Shown here piece by piece: positions 11,209 through 22,690 of a DNA stretch of 64,000 nt. Every line of letters begins with the position of its first letter. The first letter of the stretch is position 1. Both the position numbers and the translations under genes were made by a program. The stretch comes from Eledone cirrhosa (taxonomy: Eukaryota): assembly GCA_964016885.1 (NCBI GenBank), contig OZ024741.1:307830001-307894000 (forward strand), given 5' to 3'. The notes beneath the pieces were generated by a model. The model was not told the origin of the DNA and searched no databases. It was given only the letters and a program-made list of their open reading frames with translations.

Positions 11209-14106
11209 ATGGCGGAACAACAAACAGCGGAGCTAATAAAGTTGTTTAGAGAACAGATGGAACAACAAATGCAACAACAGGAACAACAAATGCAACAACA
11301 CAAGAAAGATATGGACACTCTGATAAAACTGTTTGGTGCTCGAGATTCTGAACAACAGAGTTTATTGGCGTCGCCAGTTGCTTCGACACCAACAGCATTC
11401 ATCCCACCATTTGCTGCTTTTGATTCAACAACAGAACTATGGCCTGATTACTGGTCAAGATTCTGCACGTTTGTGGCTGCTAACGCTGTACCCGAGCAAC
11501 GCATGGCACAATTGTTCCTGACTAATCAGACGGCTGCTATCTACAAACAACTTGCAAATCTGGCTGCTCAACAAAATCCGCCTAAGAATATCAACAAGTT
11601 GACAATGGACGAAATTGTTGACTTCATGAAAGAACAGTTCGACCCAAAACTTTTCATTGTGAGAGAACGTTTCAAGTTCTGGAGTGACATGCAACGGAAG
11701 CCAGGCGAAACTCTCCAGGAGCTGGCAGCACGTATACGTCAGGATGCAGCTACCTGTGATTTTCCTTCGATCACAAATCCACAAGATGAAGCTCTAAGAC
11801 AGAGATTTATATGTTCTGTCAATAATGAAGCTGTGTTGAAGGCTATTTTTAAGATCAAGGATACAGAACTAGATTTCGCCCGTGCTGTCCAAGTTGCCAT
11901 CGGGACCGAAGACGCAGCAAAGGTTGCCAAGGAAACTGTTTACGATTCCAAAACCAAGCAAGTCTACAAGGTCCAGCAGAACAAGAACAAGGGTCCTCGA
12001 AAGAACTATCAGCAGTCTTATTCCACAGACCAGGAGATGTGTTACCGATGTGGAAAGGCCCACAAAGCGACAGACTGCCCCTTCAAAGAAGCCAAATATC
12101 ATTTTTGTGACAAAAACGGACTTTTGCAAGCGGTGTGTAGAAAGAAACAACATCAGCAACGTAATCATCGCTCACAGAATTACGTGAAAAGAATCACGAA
12201 AGCTGAGCTAGTCAAGGCGATCCTTGGTGAAGTTCCCCACGATACTCATAGTTTGAATGTGCCAATAACAATCCAGAACAGACTTTTCACAATGGAATTG
12301 GACACAGCTACTACAGGCAATTTTGTTTCCTTGTCAGTTTGGAAACAATTAGGAAAACCGAAGCTGCAAGATGTCAAACATCGGTTTGAATCTGCCAGCA
12401 AGCACGACCTGCCCGTTCTGGGAACTTTCATGGGCCAAACCAAGGATCCAACGACCGGTAAACGGAATTCAATACCCTACATCGTCACCAAGAACGCTAT
12501 CCAGACTCTGGGAATTTCCGTGGACAATGCTCTAGGATTGAAAAGCATAGACAGCCAGACCAAGAGTGAGGGTGCAGACGTGATGCATCCAAAGACCTCA
12601 AATGAGCCCTATATTTCCATGCAACGAGATTGTCACATGTGTGATGAATTCCCAGATCTCTTCAAGCAAGAATTGGGATGTCTTAATGACTTCGAACTGG
12701 AAGTGAAGTTCAAGTCGGACGCGACACCGGTCTTTCACAAGGCACGCCCGGTCCCGTTTGCTCTTCGTGATGACCTGGCCAAAGGTTACGAAGAAGGCAT
12801 CGCCAAAGGAATCTGGAAGCCAATACAGTTCAACGAATACGGAACGCCAGTGGTACTGATTCGTAAAGCACATACTTCAGGCAACCAGAAGCCCAAACTA
12901 CGGATTTGTGGTGACTACTCTGTGGGAATTAATGACCAACTTGCAGATCATCGTCATCCAATGCCACTCCCAGAGGAACTGATGCAGAAGCTCGGAGATG
13001 GATTCGGATACACAAAGATTGATCTTGCTGATGCCTATAATCAGATCAAGCTGGATCCAGAAAGTCAACGCAGGCTTGCACTCAGCACTCACCGTGGGGT
13101 TCTCCTGCAGGAACGACTCCCTTTCGGAATCAAGTCAGCACCTGGTTACTTTCAGGAGATCATAGAAAACCTGACTCAAGATCTATCTGGTGTGGCCGTC
13201 TTCCAGGACGACATGCTCGTCAGTGGCAAATATGCAAACGATCACCTGAACAACCTAAAGTGTCTGCTCACACGTCTGTGCGACAAAGGACTCAGATGTC
13301 GCCGTGACAAGTGCCAGTTTGCACTACCCAGTGTGGAATACCTTGGATACACCTTGTCGGCTGAAGGGATCGCGAAGGGATCCAAGGTCGAAGCAGTTTT
13401 AAAGATGCCACCTCCAACGAACGTCTCAAGCTTGAAATCTTTCCTGGGTTCAGTTCAGTTCTATGGAAAGTTTATCCCAAACCTGGCCAGCATAGCAGAG
13501 CCACTCTATTGCCTTACAAAAAAAACGACTACTTGGAAGTGGGGAGATGAAGAACAGTCAGCTTTCGATCAGTTGAAAAATGTGCTTTCATCGGATCGAG
13601 TTCTGATACACTTCGATCCAAACAAAACTTTGGGACTGGCTTGCGACGCGTCAAACGTTGGTATTGGAGCAGTCCTGTTTCATCGCTATCCTGATGGAAG
13701 CGAGCGCCCAATATCCAATGTGTCCAAGACTCTTACTTCTGCACAGCGTAACTACGGCCAAATTCAAAAGGAAGCCCTGGCCATCATATTTGGCTTGCAG
13801 AAGTTCTATCAGTATCTGTACGGACATCAGTTTATACTCGTAACTGACCACAAGCCACTGACATCACTGTTCAGTCCGAGGAAAGGGACGCCACTTCTCG
13901 CTGCTAACCGACTAGCACGGTGGGCCCTGTGGCTGAACCAGTTTGACTACACCATCGAATATCGGAAAACAGCGGATCATGGCAATGCAGATGCCCTCAG
14001 TCGCTTGCCATTTGGTAATGACATCGACTTTGACAGGAAGGAAAATGGTGAAGACATGGAAATAGTGTGCGCCATCAAAGCTCTGTCTTCAAGCCCAACC
14101 TATTGA
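11209..14106 (+). CDS. gag-pol: Gag-protease-RT-RNase H polyprotein, ended by a frameshift before integrase
   Basis: ATG 11209 (MAEQQ); zinc knuckle CYRCGKAHKATDC; protease LDTA; RT KIDLADAY, RLPFG, FQDD; RNase H CDAS, QKEALA, TDHKPL, ADALSR. Confidence 0.9.
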   Translation: MAEQQTAELIKLFREQMEQQMQQQEQQMQQHKKDMDTLIKLFGARDSEQQSLLASPVASTPTAFIPPFAAFDSTTELWPDYWSRFCTFVAANAVPEQRMAQLFLTNQTAAIYKQLANLAAQQNPPKNINKLTMDEIVDFMKEQFDPKLFIVRERFKFWSDMQRKPGETLQELAARIRQDAATCDFPSITNPQDEALRQRFICSVNNEAVLKAIFKIKDTELDFARAVQVAIGTEDAAKVAKETVYDSKTKQVYKVQQNKNKGPRKNYQQSYSTDQEMCYRCGKAHKATDCPFKEAKYHFCDKNGLLQAVCRKKQHQQRNHRSQNYVKRITKAELVKAILGEVPHDTHSLNVPITIQNRLFTMELDTATTGNFVSLSVWKQLGKPKLQDVKHRFESASKHDLPVLGTFMGQTKDPTTGKRNSIPYIVTKNAIQTLGISVDNALGLKSIDSQTKSEGADVMHPKTSNEPYISMQRDCHMCDEFPDLFKQELGCLNDFELEVKFKSDATPVFHKARPVPFALRDDLAKGYEEGIAKGIWKPIQFNEYGTPVVLIRKAHTSGNQKPKLRICGDYSVGINDQLADHRHPMPLPEELMQKLGDGFGYTKIDLADAYNQIKLDPESQRRLALSTHRGVLLQERLPFGIKSAPGYFQEIIENLTQDLSGVAVFQDDMLVSGKYANDHLNNLKCLLTRLCDKGLRCRRDKCQFALPSVEYLGYTLSAEGIAKGSKVEAVLKMPPPTNVSSLKSFLGSVQFYGKFIPNLASIAEPLYCLTKKTTTWKWGDEEQSAFDQLKNVLSSDRVLIHFDPNKTLGLACDASNVGIGAVLFHRYPDGSERPISNVSKTLTSAQRNYGQIQKEALAIIFGLQKFYQYLYGHQFILVTDHKPLTSLFSPRKGTPLLAANRLARWALWLNQFDYTIEYRKTADHGNADALSRLPFGNDIDFDRKENGEDMEIVCAIKALSSSPTY

Positions 14107-15439
14107 TTCTAACGTCCTCCGTCAAGAGTCGGGGAAAGATCCAGTGAAATCTACAGTGATACGCTACGTCCGTGAAGGCTGGCCACTAAAGAATACTGAG
14201 ATCAATGACGAAGTCAATAAGTTCCGGAAGTTATCGGATTCACTCAGTATCTGCCACGGATGCCTTATCCATGGATTGAGAGTTGTGATTCCACATAGCT
14301 TACAGCCAAAGATCTTCAATCTTCTGCATCTCGGACACTTTGGCATGGAGCGTATGAAACAATTGGCAAGAACTGCTGTTTATTGGCCTGGTATCGATGC
14401 TGCTATAGAGAAAACCAGTCGACAATGTGATTCGTGTGGTGAACATCAAAACCAGCCATCCAAGTCTCCAGTTCACCCATGGATGTTACCTGAAAAGCCG
14501 TGGAGCCGCTTACACCTGGACCACGCAATAAATTTCATGGGCAGTAATTGGTTGGTGATCACGGATGCTTATTCCAAGTATCCATGCATTCATCCTACGT
14601 CATCCACGTCCTCCAGAGCCACTTTAGATCTGCTTGAAGAAGACTTTGCGCACTTCGGATTTCCTCACACGCTAGTCACCGATAACGCACCAACTTTTAT
14701 TTCTGAGGAGTTCCAGAGCTGGTGCAAAGAACGTGGGATCACGCACCTGACAGGGGCACCTTACCACCCAGCTACTAACGGAGCAGCGGAACGTTTGGTG
14801 CAGACCTTCAAACAAGCTCTCAGAAAGACTTCTCTTCCGCCGAAGCGAGCACTTCAAGAGTTGTTGATGCAATACCGGAGAACACCGACATCCAGTGGAT
14901 TCTCTCCGAGTGAACTTTTGAATCACCGGCAGATACGGACAAGGATTGATTCTCTGCTTCCCTCGCCAGCACACATCGCTCAAGGCAAGCAGTCTAAGGA
15001 AGCATATAAGTCTCAGATGACTCCGGACTCGGCAGGTGTCGCTAAGGTTACCAGGCAGTACAAGGCTGGAGATCCTGTGTATGCACTGTACTACGGACCT
15101 CGCCGAGACAAAGATCCCCGATGGGTACCAGCAATCATTAAGAAGTCATTGGGTACTCGCTGCTTCAACGTTAAGGTCATACCTCATGGCCCGGTGTGGA
15201 GACGACACTGGGAACAGCTGCAATCGCGGTACACTACTGATGAAGACAATGAAGCTGGTGATGCAGTAGACACTGTTTTTGAATTTGCAACAGATCACCC
15301 GATGGAGAGCTCGGAAATCGTGCCACTAACTCCAAGACAGACCAGACCCAAGATCTTGTTGCCCGTTCCAGAGTATGGACCAGACAATCGAAGACGGTGC
15401 AGGAGAACCCGTAAATCCCCAGAGAGACTTTGCTGTTGA
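14090..15439 (+). CDS. pol: Integrase portion of Pol in a shifted frame
   Basis: HHCC (HLGHFG..CDSC) and DDE core (LHLDHA, VTDNAPTF, NGAAERLVQTFK) in ORF 14144-15439. Confidence 0.9.
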   Translation, partial: QAQPIDSNVLRQESGKDPVKSTVIRYVREGWPLKNTEINDEVNKFRKLSDSLSICHGCLIHGLRVVIPHSLQPKIFNLLHLGHFGMERMKQLARTAVYWPGIDAAIEKTSRQCDSCGEHQNQPSKSPVHPWMLPEKPWSRLHLDHAINFMGSNWLVITDAYSKYPCIHPTSSTSSRATLDLLEEDFAHFGFPHTLVTDNAPTFISEEFQSWCKERGITHLTGAPYHPATNGAAERLVQTFKQALRKTSLPPKRALQELLMQYRRTPTSSGFSPSELLNHRQIRTRIDSLLPSPAHIAQGKQSKEAYKSQMTPDSAGVAKVTRQYKAGDPVYALYYGPRRDKDPRWVPAIIKKSLGTRCFNVKVIPHGPVWRRHWEQLQSRYTTDEDNEAGDAVDTVFEFATDHPMESSEIVPLTPRQTRPKILLPVPEYGPDNRRRCRRTRKSPERLCC

Positions 15440-15473
15440 TGCTTCTTTTGTCGCATCAATTTCGGTGGGGAGG

Positions 15474-15745
15474 TGTTGTATGGACTGGGAATCGAACTCA
15501 CAACCTCATTGTTGTATGGACTGTTAAATTTCTATTCAATTTACACGTGCTCAAACATTTGCATATGAATCACGTGACCTGGGCAGTCAGTCAGCGTTGG
15601 TATTAAAAACTCGGTCACAGACCGCTACTTACTTTATGTTATTCTGCTACTGCGAGGAGGGGCGTTTTGGTTGTTTCGCAAATTACACAAATTATTTGAT
15701 ATAACTCGTTGTGTTTTCTCTGTGAGTACCGAGAGGAATACAACA
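15474..15745 (+). repeat. 3' LTR (272 bp)
   Basis: Direct repeat of 10848-11123 immediately after the polypurine tract. Confidence 0.95.
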
Positions 15746-15772
15746 ATATACATATATACATATATATAAACA

Positions 15773-15870
15773 TGGCACGTCGCTGAGTGGTTAGAGAATT
15801 GGATTCGCAATCGTGAGGTTGTGAGTTCGATTCCCGCACCGTCTTGAGCAAGACACTTTATTTCACGTTG
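15773..15870 (+). mobile_element. tRNA-derived SINE family B, 5' fragment
   Basis: A-box (GCTGAGTGG), B-box (GAGTTCGATTCC), then TTGAGCAAGACACTTTATTTCAC shared with the copies at 17609 and 56244. Confidence 0.75.
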
Positions 15871-17009
15871 GTCCTTCTACCTGTTGTTGTCAAACCCTTT
15901 TATCATATATTCCGTTACCTCCTCGGTGACTGCGTGACCGGAGGATCACTAATGTGCCTACAAGTGAACCTGTGTAAGGTCAATTACATGTTAGGAACAG
16001 GTAATGTTTTTCTTTCCAGATTCACATACTACACACTTAAACATTTATGCTATATTGGTGAATGTATTCGCACATAAAATCTGTTCGATGTACTACGGGA
16101 AATTATTTGATCGTGCGTCTGCTTGATTATGATTGACCTATGGCTAAATAGCAACAACAATAATACCAAAAGTATCCGCAATGATACCACCTCTATCACC
16201 AACAATACCATAGGAATATTTTGTCAAGGGCTCACATATATCGCGGACAGACAATGTCACAAAACAGTAAATTACCTACAGACATTTCAATGATTTTCTG
16301 GTGCAGAACGTATGGCTCTCTATTGACACAGTTCACCTCGCACTCTATGTACTCCTAGTCAGGGAAGCGATTTATATCTCATTTGCTACTTGCGACGTAT
16401 CCAGAGTTAAACTATAGCTGTCACCCTTTGTACACACACGAGGAATTGGCTGAACAGTAAGGTGCCGAATTCACAAGCTTTTTAGAGCATCGGGTTATAT
16501 ATTGATACACTAATTCGAACACTCCACATTGACACAAACGGTTGTCTATTCCTTTATCTCTCTCTTTCTCTCTCTCTGTTTCCATTCATCCCTCCCCCTC
16601 TTTCTCCCTCTCTCTATCTCTATCTCTCTCTCGTCCATGATTATCCATTAAGCAAAATAAATATATACTAAATGCATCAAGAGAATCGAGGAACCATTTT
16701 ATTGAAATTAAATGTATTTGTCAATCCCCATCCAAATGTTTTTGCCGACTTTATATATGGGGGCGCACAATAGACCTTTATGTGTGTAGGGCCTTAAAAG
16801 AACTTAATTCAGTCACTTAACAAAGCATTCTTCATTTTTAATAAGGCTGACGCTGCAGTCAAGTTTTTAATTATTATAATTCGTGGAAGCTTTCGACAGC
16901 TGAATAAACAGTTTGATGACTTTTTTTGTCGATAAAATCGATAGTTACACTATATCGTAAAATAGTATATGAAGAAAAGTTAGAGGAATGAGATATTCTT
17001 CAAATATAA

Positions 17010-17489
17010 ACTGCTGTAGAAACCGGCAACTCCATTAAGCTTGCTTGGTGAGTAGGGTGATTTTGGAGACCCTGCAGGATGAAAAACAAAACCCGTCAAA
17101 GGGTGGAGGAACTGAGGAGAGTCAACGGCCAACCAATAAAGCATTTGTGTGTGTGTGTAGCGAGAGACTCCTAGTCTTCATTAAGACATCTCTCTAGAAG
17201 AAGGTCACTTTGATATAAAACCTGCGACCTCGTTTGCATCCAATGATGTAGACCAGTTCTTCTTTTGGGGCAAATGCATTCGATTGTTCAGAGAGTGGGA
17301 TAGGCTCCGTGCAAAGCCTTTCCTCACTTAAAAGCTTAAAGCACAGGCATCGCTTGATATGTGACATTTCTTGCGATGCATGGCATTGCTGGGTACAGGC
17401 AAGCCCTTAGAAGGACTAAAAAGCCATGTCCGTGATGCTCATGCTTAAGTATCAAGCGATGGCATTACTCTAAATCGAGTTGCAGCCAT
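17010..17489 (+). mobile_element. Diverged copy of the RTE-derived non-autonomous element
   Basis: Collinear with 6620-7152 (cctgcagga..aaaaacaaaacc.gtcaaaggg; gagttgcagccatca). Confidence 0.65.
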
Positions 17490-17608
17490 CATGTATATGT
17501 ATGTATGTATGTATGTATGCATGTATGTATGCATGTATGTATGCATATATGGATGGATGGATGAATACATGCATGCATGTATTTATGTAAGTATGTGTCA
17601 ATGTAGAT

Positions 17609-17940
17609 GTGAAGACACATTGTTCGGTAGATCGAGTGCTGGTTTCACGATTCTAAGACCGTGTGTTCCATTCCCAGACTGAGTGGCGCATTGATTTCTT
17701 AAGCAAGACATTTTATTTCACGGGGCTTCAGTCAACTCAGATGGCAAAACTGAATTAGAAATGTAATTCACAGGGCCAGACACGTCAAATAATGTATCAG
17801 CGTCTATCTCTTTGAGAACTAGGGTAATGGTACACGTATCTGTGGAATACTCAGCCACTTGCATGTTAATTTCATGAGCGGACTGTTCCATTTGTCGAAT
17901 CTATTGAAACATTCATTGACAGAACTGACGGAGGTTCAAC
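17609..17940 (+). mobile_element. SINE family B, diverged full-length copy
   Basis: Collinear with the reverse complement of 56244-56607 (gtggaatactcagccacttgc); ends in (CA)n. Confidence 0.7.
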
Positions 17941-18200
17941 ACATACACACACACACACACACACAAGCTGTTGGTAAAACGTTAGAACGGTTTACCAACA
18001 GCTTAATAATTCTTTTGCTTGTGCTTTTCGCTTATACATCTTACACTTTCAACCAGTGCTGCCTGTAATTGTGTTCTTTCAAGCAGAACATCTCTTTAAC
18101 TCCTGACTCTCCACATGATGCCTTTGACACTAAAAACAATTATGTATCCTAAATGTTCTAAATGACTAGGATTTTAGTTACATGTTTCGACATTCCCTAT

Positions 18201-18245
18201 CCTCCGATGAATCCAGACTTCCCTATGGAAGAAACAATTGTCAGC
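18201..18245 (+). ncRNA. Minimal hammerhead motif with CCGAUGA core (weak stem I)
   Basis: CCT-CCGATGA-A-TCCA..TGGA-A-GAAA-CAATTG-TC-AGC followed by AATAAA; resembles 49033-49081. Confidence 0.5.
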
Positions 18246-18287
18246 AAATAAATGTTCTAAACTAAAATTTGATCGCTTTAACACTTT

Positions 18288-19064
18288 ATATATGAATAAA
18301 AATAGACCGAGAAACAGGAATGCCCATCATCAGTAGTCTGCTGATTATCATTGGTATTTCTTCGTATTAAAGACTAGATACCTAAAATCAGTGCGAGCGA
18401 TAACTAAATTAAGTTATCGGGACAGATGAAAGTAAACGAACAACATGGTAGTAATGCAACGTAACGGTCTATTTTCATTCATATGTTCATATTCGCAACA
18501 ACGCAGCACGCCCTTTTCCATTCACATATATTTTTTTCCCTTCGCTGTGGTTCGTATTTTTTCTGTCACATTACTGCTATCCTCTTTCTCTCTCTCCCTT
18601 CTCCCTCCTTTACCTCTTGCTTTCTTCCACCCCCGCTGCTGGTCACACACTCTCGGCTAGTCCCTTCCACACACTCACTCACTCACTCTCTGCTACTACT
18701 CCTCTCTTACTTCCTCCCGTCTGACCTGCATGAATTTCTTTCCTCTTTCACTTTTCACGTGACTCGGACGCGTCTGTCTCTTCTCGTCATTTGATTTGTC
18801 GGACCACAAGATTCATTGACTTGTCTCTCTTTTCCTCTCTTTACGTTGCATTACTACCATGTTGTTTGTTTCCTTTCCTCTGTTTTCCTCTGTCCCGATA
18901 ACTTAATTTAGTTATCGCTCGCACTGATTTTAGGTATCTAGTCTTTAATACGAAGAAATACCAATGAGTATCAGCAGGCTACTGATGATGGACATTCCTG
19001 TTTCTCGGTCTATTTTCATTCATATGTTCATATTCGCAACAACGCAGCACGCCATTTTTCATTC

Positions 19065-19068
<4 letters not shown>
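18288..19068 (+). mobile_element. PLE-type 3' end with inverted and direct partial pLTR copies
   Basis: 18290-18465 is the reverse complement of 18841-19025; 18465-18525 repeats 19006-19064; pyrimidine-rich middle; homolog at 47760-48250 (minus). Confidence 0.65.
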
Positions 19069-19157
<89 letters not shown>

Positions 19158-19590
19158 ATGTGTGTGTGTTTGTACTATATACTTGAGCGTATATTTATAT
19201 ATGTAAATATGTACGTAGGTATACATGTATGTATGTATGTATGTATGCATGTTTGCATGTTCCTACGAATGTATGTATTTAAGTATGTATGCAATGGCCA
19301 AAGGTAACGGCGTGAACAACTTGAATAAACTATTGTGGAGTTAAGTAACAGTCATATTCCTTGTGAAAATACAATGTTATGGCGGCTACAGGGACAAACC
19401 GTCAGATGTCGGCTTGTCAAGCCGTGTCACATCTATGTATTCGGCTTGTGTATATATATATTCATCAATAAAATTCATGTATGTGCTTAAATTGTTCAAT
19501 ATCTTTGTGATCGAAGTAACAGCCGGTTATTCAGTGATGAATACATACATACATACATGCATGCACGCATACATACATACATACATACAT

Positions 19591-20125
19591 GGGGGCTGCC
19601 AACTCGTTTTCGAGTACGGCCACTACTTTATATCCATGTAGGAGAACCCCTACCGATGGGAGTTCAGCCAGCGACTTGAAAACTCTCGTACAAACACTAC
19701 ACCTGTGACAATTATTGACACACAGTGCTGGGCCCATGGTACCATGTGACGACAAGTGCAGAGAGATCTCCAGATATAAAGCAATGCCTGTGCCGTGAAG
19801 CTTTTATAGTGAGCAAAGGCACTGCACAAAGCCAGTCCCACTCTCTTAACCAAGATGATATTTACCAAAAAGAAGAACAAGTCAACATCATTGGATACCA
19901 TCAGGGTTGCAGGTGTTATATCAGAGTTTTCCTTCTCCTAGAATTCTGCCTTGACAAAGGCTAAGGGGTCATCTCTCCCGGTGATTTTGGATGGCCATTG
20001 ACTCTTAAGAGCTCCTTTGCCCTTTGACAGGTTTTGTTTTTAGTCCTGCAGGATGTCCAAAGTCACCCTCCTCACCAAGAAACCTTGGTGGGGTTGCCAG
20101 TTTAGTCGCCAACGACCCGACCATG
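19591..20125 (-). mobile_element. RTE-derived non-autonomous element copy
   Basis: High-identity reverse complement of 6595-7150 with a short internal deletion; flanked by (TACA)n. Confidence 0.8.
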
Positions 20126-20301
20126 AAACATACATACATACATACATACATACATACATACATACATACATACATACATACATGCATGAACGCATACATA
20201 TATACATACATACATGCCCGCATACATACATGCATCCATACATACATACATGCATGCACGCATACATATATACATACATGCACGCATACATGCATACATA
20301 C

Positions 20302-20332
<31 letters not shown>

Positions 20333-20417
20333 CATACATACATACATACATACATACATACATACATACATACATACATACAATTTCGGCTTTTAAGTCA
20401 CTCCTAAATATGATATA

Positions 20418-20515
20418 CAGTAGCACCTCGGTTCCCAAACTTCATTTGTTTTTGAACTTCATTCGTCGCCCGAAATATTCGTAAACCGAAACATCTTTTT
20501 TTTCATACGAAATAT
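20418..20515 (+). mobile_element. Possible pogo/Tigger-type DNA transposon terminus
   Basis: TA followed by CAGTAGCACCTCGGTT resembles Tigger-like TIRs (from memory); partner TIR not found. Confidence 0.35.
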
Positions 20516-20539
20516 TGAGAGAGAGAAACACATATTGAG

Positions 20540-21660
20540 AGAGAAATAATAAGAGCGTGTTAGCAGCAGATGGATCATCTGACCGTCGGAGCGCGCACTT
20601 TACACAAAACCGAAAGAGCAAACGCTCCAGTGCAGTCAGGCAGGGTTAGGACTAGGCTCGACAGTCAGGTAGTAGTATAGTAGATAATAGACGTGATGTA
20701 CGCGTTCACCACCTTCACCCAACCATTCAGGGACAACTTCCTCTGGGTGAGAGAGACCACCTTGCTCGTTACCTTGTCCCAGTTTTTGTCCATTTGGAAG
20801 TTGGACCAAATCATACCCCTATCAATTTAACCGATCCGTCCGTCAAGCGCCCGACAACACTGTTGGATAGCATTGACCTATCTCTCCAGGTGCTAAGCTG
20901 CAGGCTCACCGATATTTCCTCGTTAACTTTTGCTCCCGCCATCACCTCGTTCTCCTTGAGTGCGGTGCCGACCATCTCAATGTGTTTGGTACTACGGTGA
21001 CGTCGTCTGCATAAGCTGACATAGTTCTCCCGCATCTCAGTTCGCGCGGGACTCCCCTCAAAGTCTCCTGTTAGTGAGTCAATAAATACAACAGAGACGA
21101 GACGGGATATCCTTGGCGGACCGAGCGCATGATGTTGAAGTGTTCCGAAAGGTGACCGTTTACTCTCACCACAGAGCAGATGTCACTGTGCCTAGCTGCG
21201 ATCCAGTTTTTGAAGACGCCAATGCCACCCCACACGTGCCAGGTTCCTTAGTTACCCTCTCCATGATGTATCATATGATATGGAGATTGTCGTGGATGGA
21301 TCTGTCAGGAATAGCACATGTCTACACCTTTCCCACGAGACTTCCGACGACAAACGCCAACCTCGTCGCTAATACCTTTTGCCAAAATATTGAACTATGC
21401 TTTTAGCAGAGTTATGAGCCTGAAATCATCTATGTTGTCCCCCTTGTTGGGGTTCTTTCTTAGCAGTGCCACAGCTCCTCGGCTCAAAGAGCTGGGAATT
21501 CTCCTGTTCTGCTGCCAGTTACAGTAGATGTCCGCCAAGAGGTTGCCAAACAAGTCTGGATGTGTACGTAAAGACGGTGGGAAGACCATCCAAACCAGGC
21601 AATTTACCCATCGTGCAACCACTCATTGCCTTCCGTACTTCAAAGTTTTACCTGAAATTT
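20540..21660 (-). pseudogene. Tx1/L1-clade LINE reverse transcriptase fragment
   Basis: PGLDGL-like motif, IYCNWQQNRRIPSSLSRGAVALLRKNPNKGDNIDDFRLITLL, degenerate YADD region; many frameshifts. Confidence 0.75.
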
Positions 21661-22690
21661 CCTTAAGCACATTTCCCCAAATATTGTATTAAAATTTTCT
21701 CGAAAATATCATCATAAATTTTCCCCAGAGTTTCATTGAAGGTTTCAACAAATTTTTCCCCAGAATTGCAGCAATATTTTTTAGATATTTTTCCAAAATT
21801 TCGTAAAGACTTTCGTAACTATTGAAAAAGCAGAAGGAAAAAAAGTTTAATTAATCAAGTTTTTGTCGGGTGCTTATATTTGAATTAATAGGACTAGCTC
21901 CATATTTTTCAGTAAAATTTTCGAAAAAAGTTTCTAAAAAGATTTCCTAAAGGTTTCCCCCAAATCTTCATAAAAACTTTCGCCAAAACCTTTTTTTAAA
22001 TTTTTTCAAAATTTTCTCAAACTCCTTTCAAAGCGTTCACCGAAAGTCTATCAAAGAGCTTCGCAAAATCTTTAAATATTTCACCAAAATTTCGTTTAAC
22101 TTTCAAAAATATTCCATCAAAACTTTCCCTTAAAATTCTCCAGAGATTTCATTAAAGTTTCATTAAAGATTCTTAAAATGTTTCTCCCAAAATATCATAC
22201 AATATTCTCATTAAAACCTCTTACAAAATTTATTAAATGTTTTATCTCAAATTTCATTGAACATACCCCAAATATTTTATGAAAAATTTTCATTATAAAT
22301 TTTCCCCAATGTTTCATTGAAGATTTCAACAAAAATTTTCCCAAAATTACTGCAAAGTTCTCAAATTTTCAGTAAAGTTTTCTCTACAATTTTCTAAAAA
22401 GATTTCCTAAAATTTTCCACAAATTTTCATAAAACTTCACCTAAACATTTTATCAAATTTTCTCGAAATTTTCTCAAACTCCTTCCAAAGCGTTCGCCGA
22501 AAGTCAAACTAAAAACTTCACAAAAATGGCGGAATATTTAAAGAAATTTGAGGTAAAACTTTTAATTAATTTTGTAAGAGATCTTACAGTCGGCCCTCTG
22601 TATCAAGAAAAGAAAACTTTTTACGAAGAAAATATTGGATTTTTCCAAACTTAAAGGTTTTTTTAATGAAATTTCATTGTTTTATTGGTT
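21660..22690. repeat. A/T-run-rich degenerate repeat with internal direct duplication
   Basis: aaattttctcaaactcctt.caaagcgttc.ccgaaagtc near 22008 and 22466; tttcattgaag.tttcaacaaa near 21731 and 22312. Confidence 0.6.

Larger units (their letters stand above)
10848..15745 (+). mobile_element. Full-length Ty3/Gypsy LTR retrotransposon (defective)
   Basis: Two LTRs with TGTTGTA..TACAACA termini; gag-PR-RT-RH-IN order; PPT GGTGGGGAGG 15464-15473; ATATA on both flanks (TSD ambiguous inside a TA tract). Confidence 0.97.

Noticed and set aside
15773-15840. tRNA gene
   Set aside because: A and B boxes are present but there is no proper acceptor stem, and it continues into SINE body sequence.
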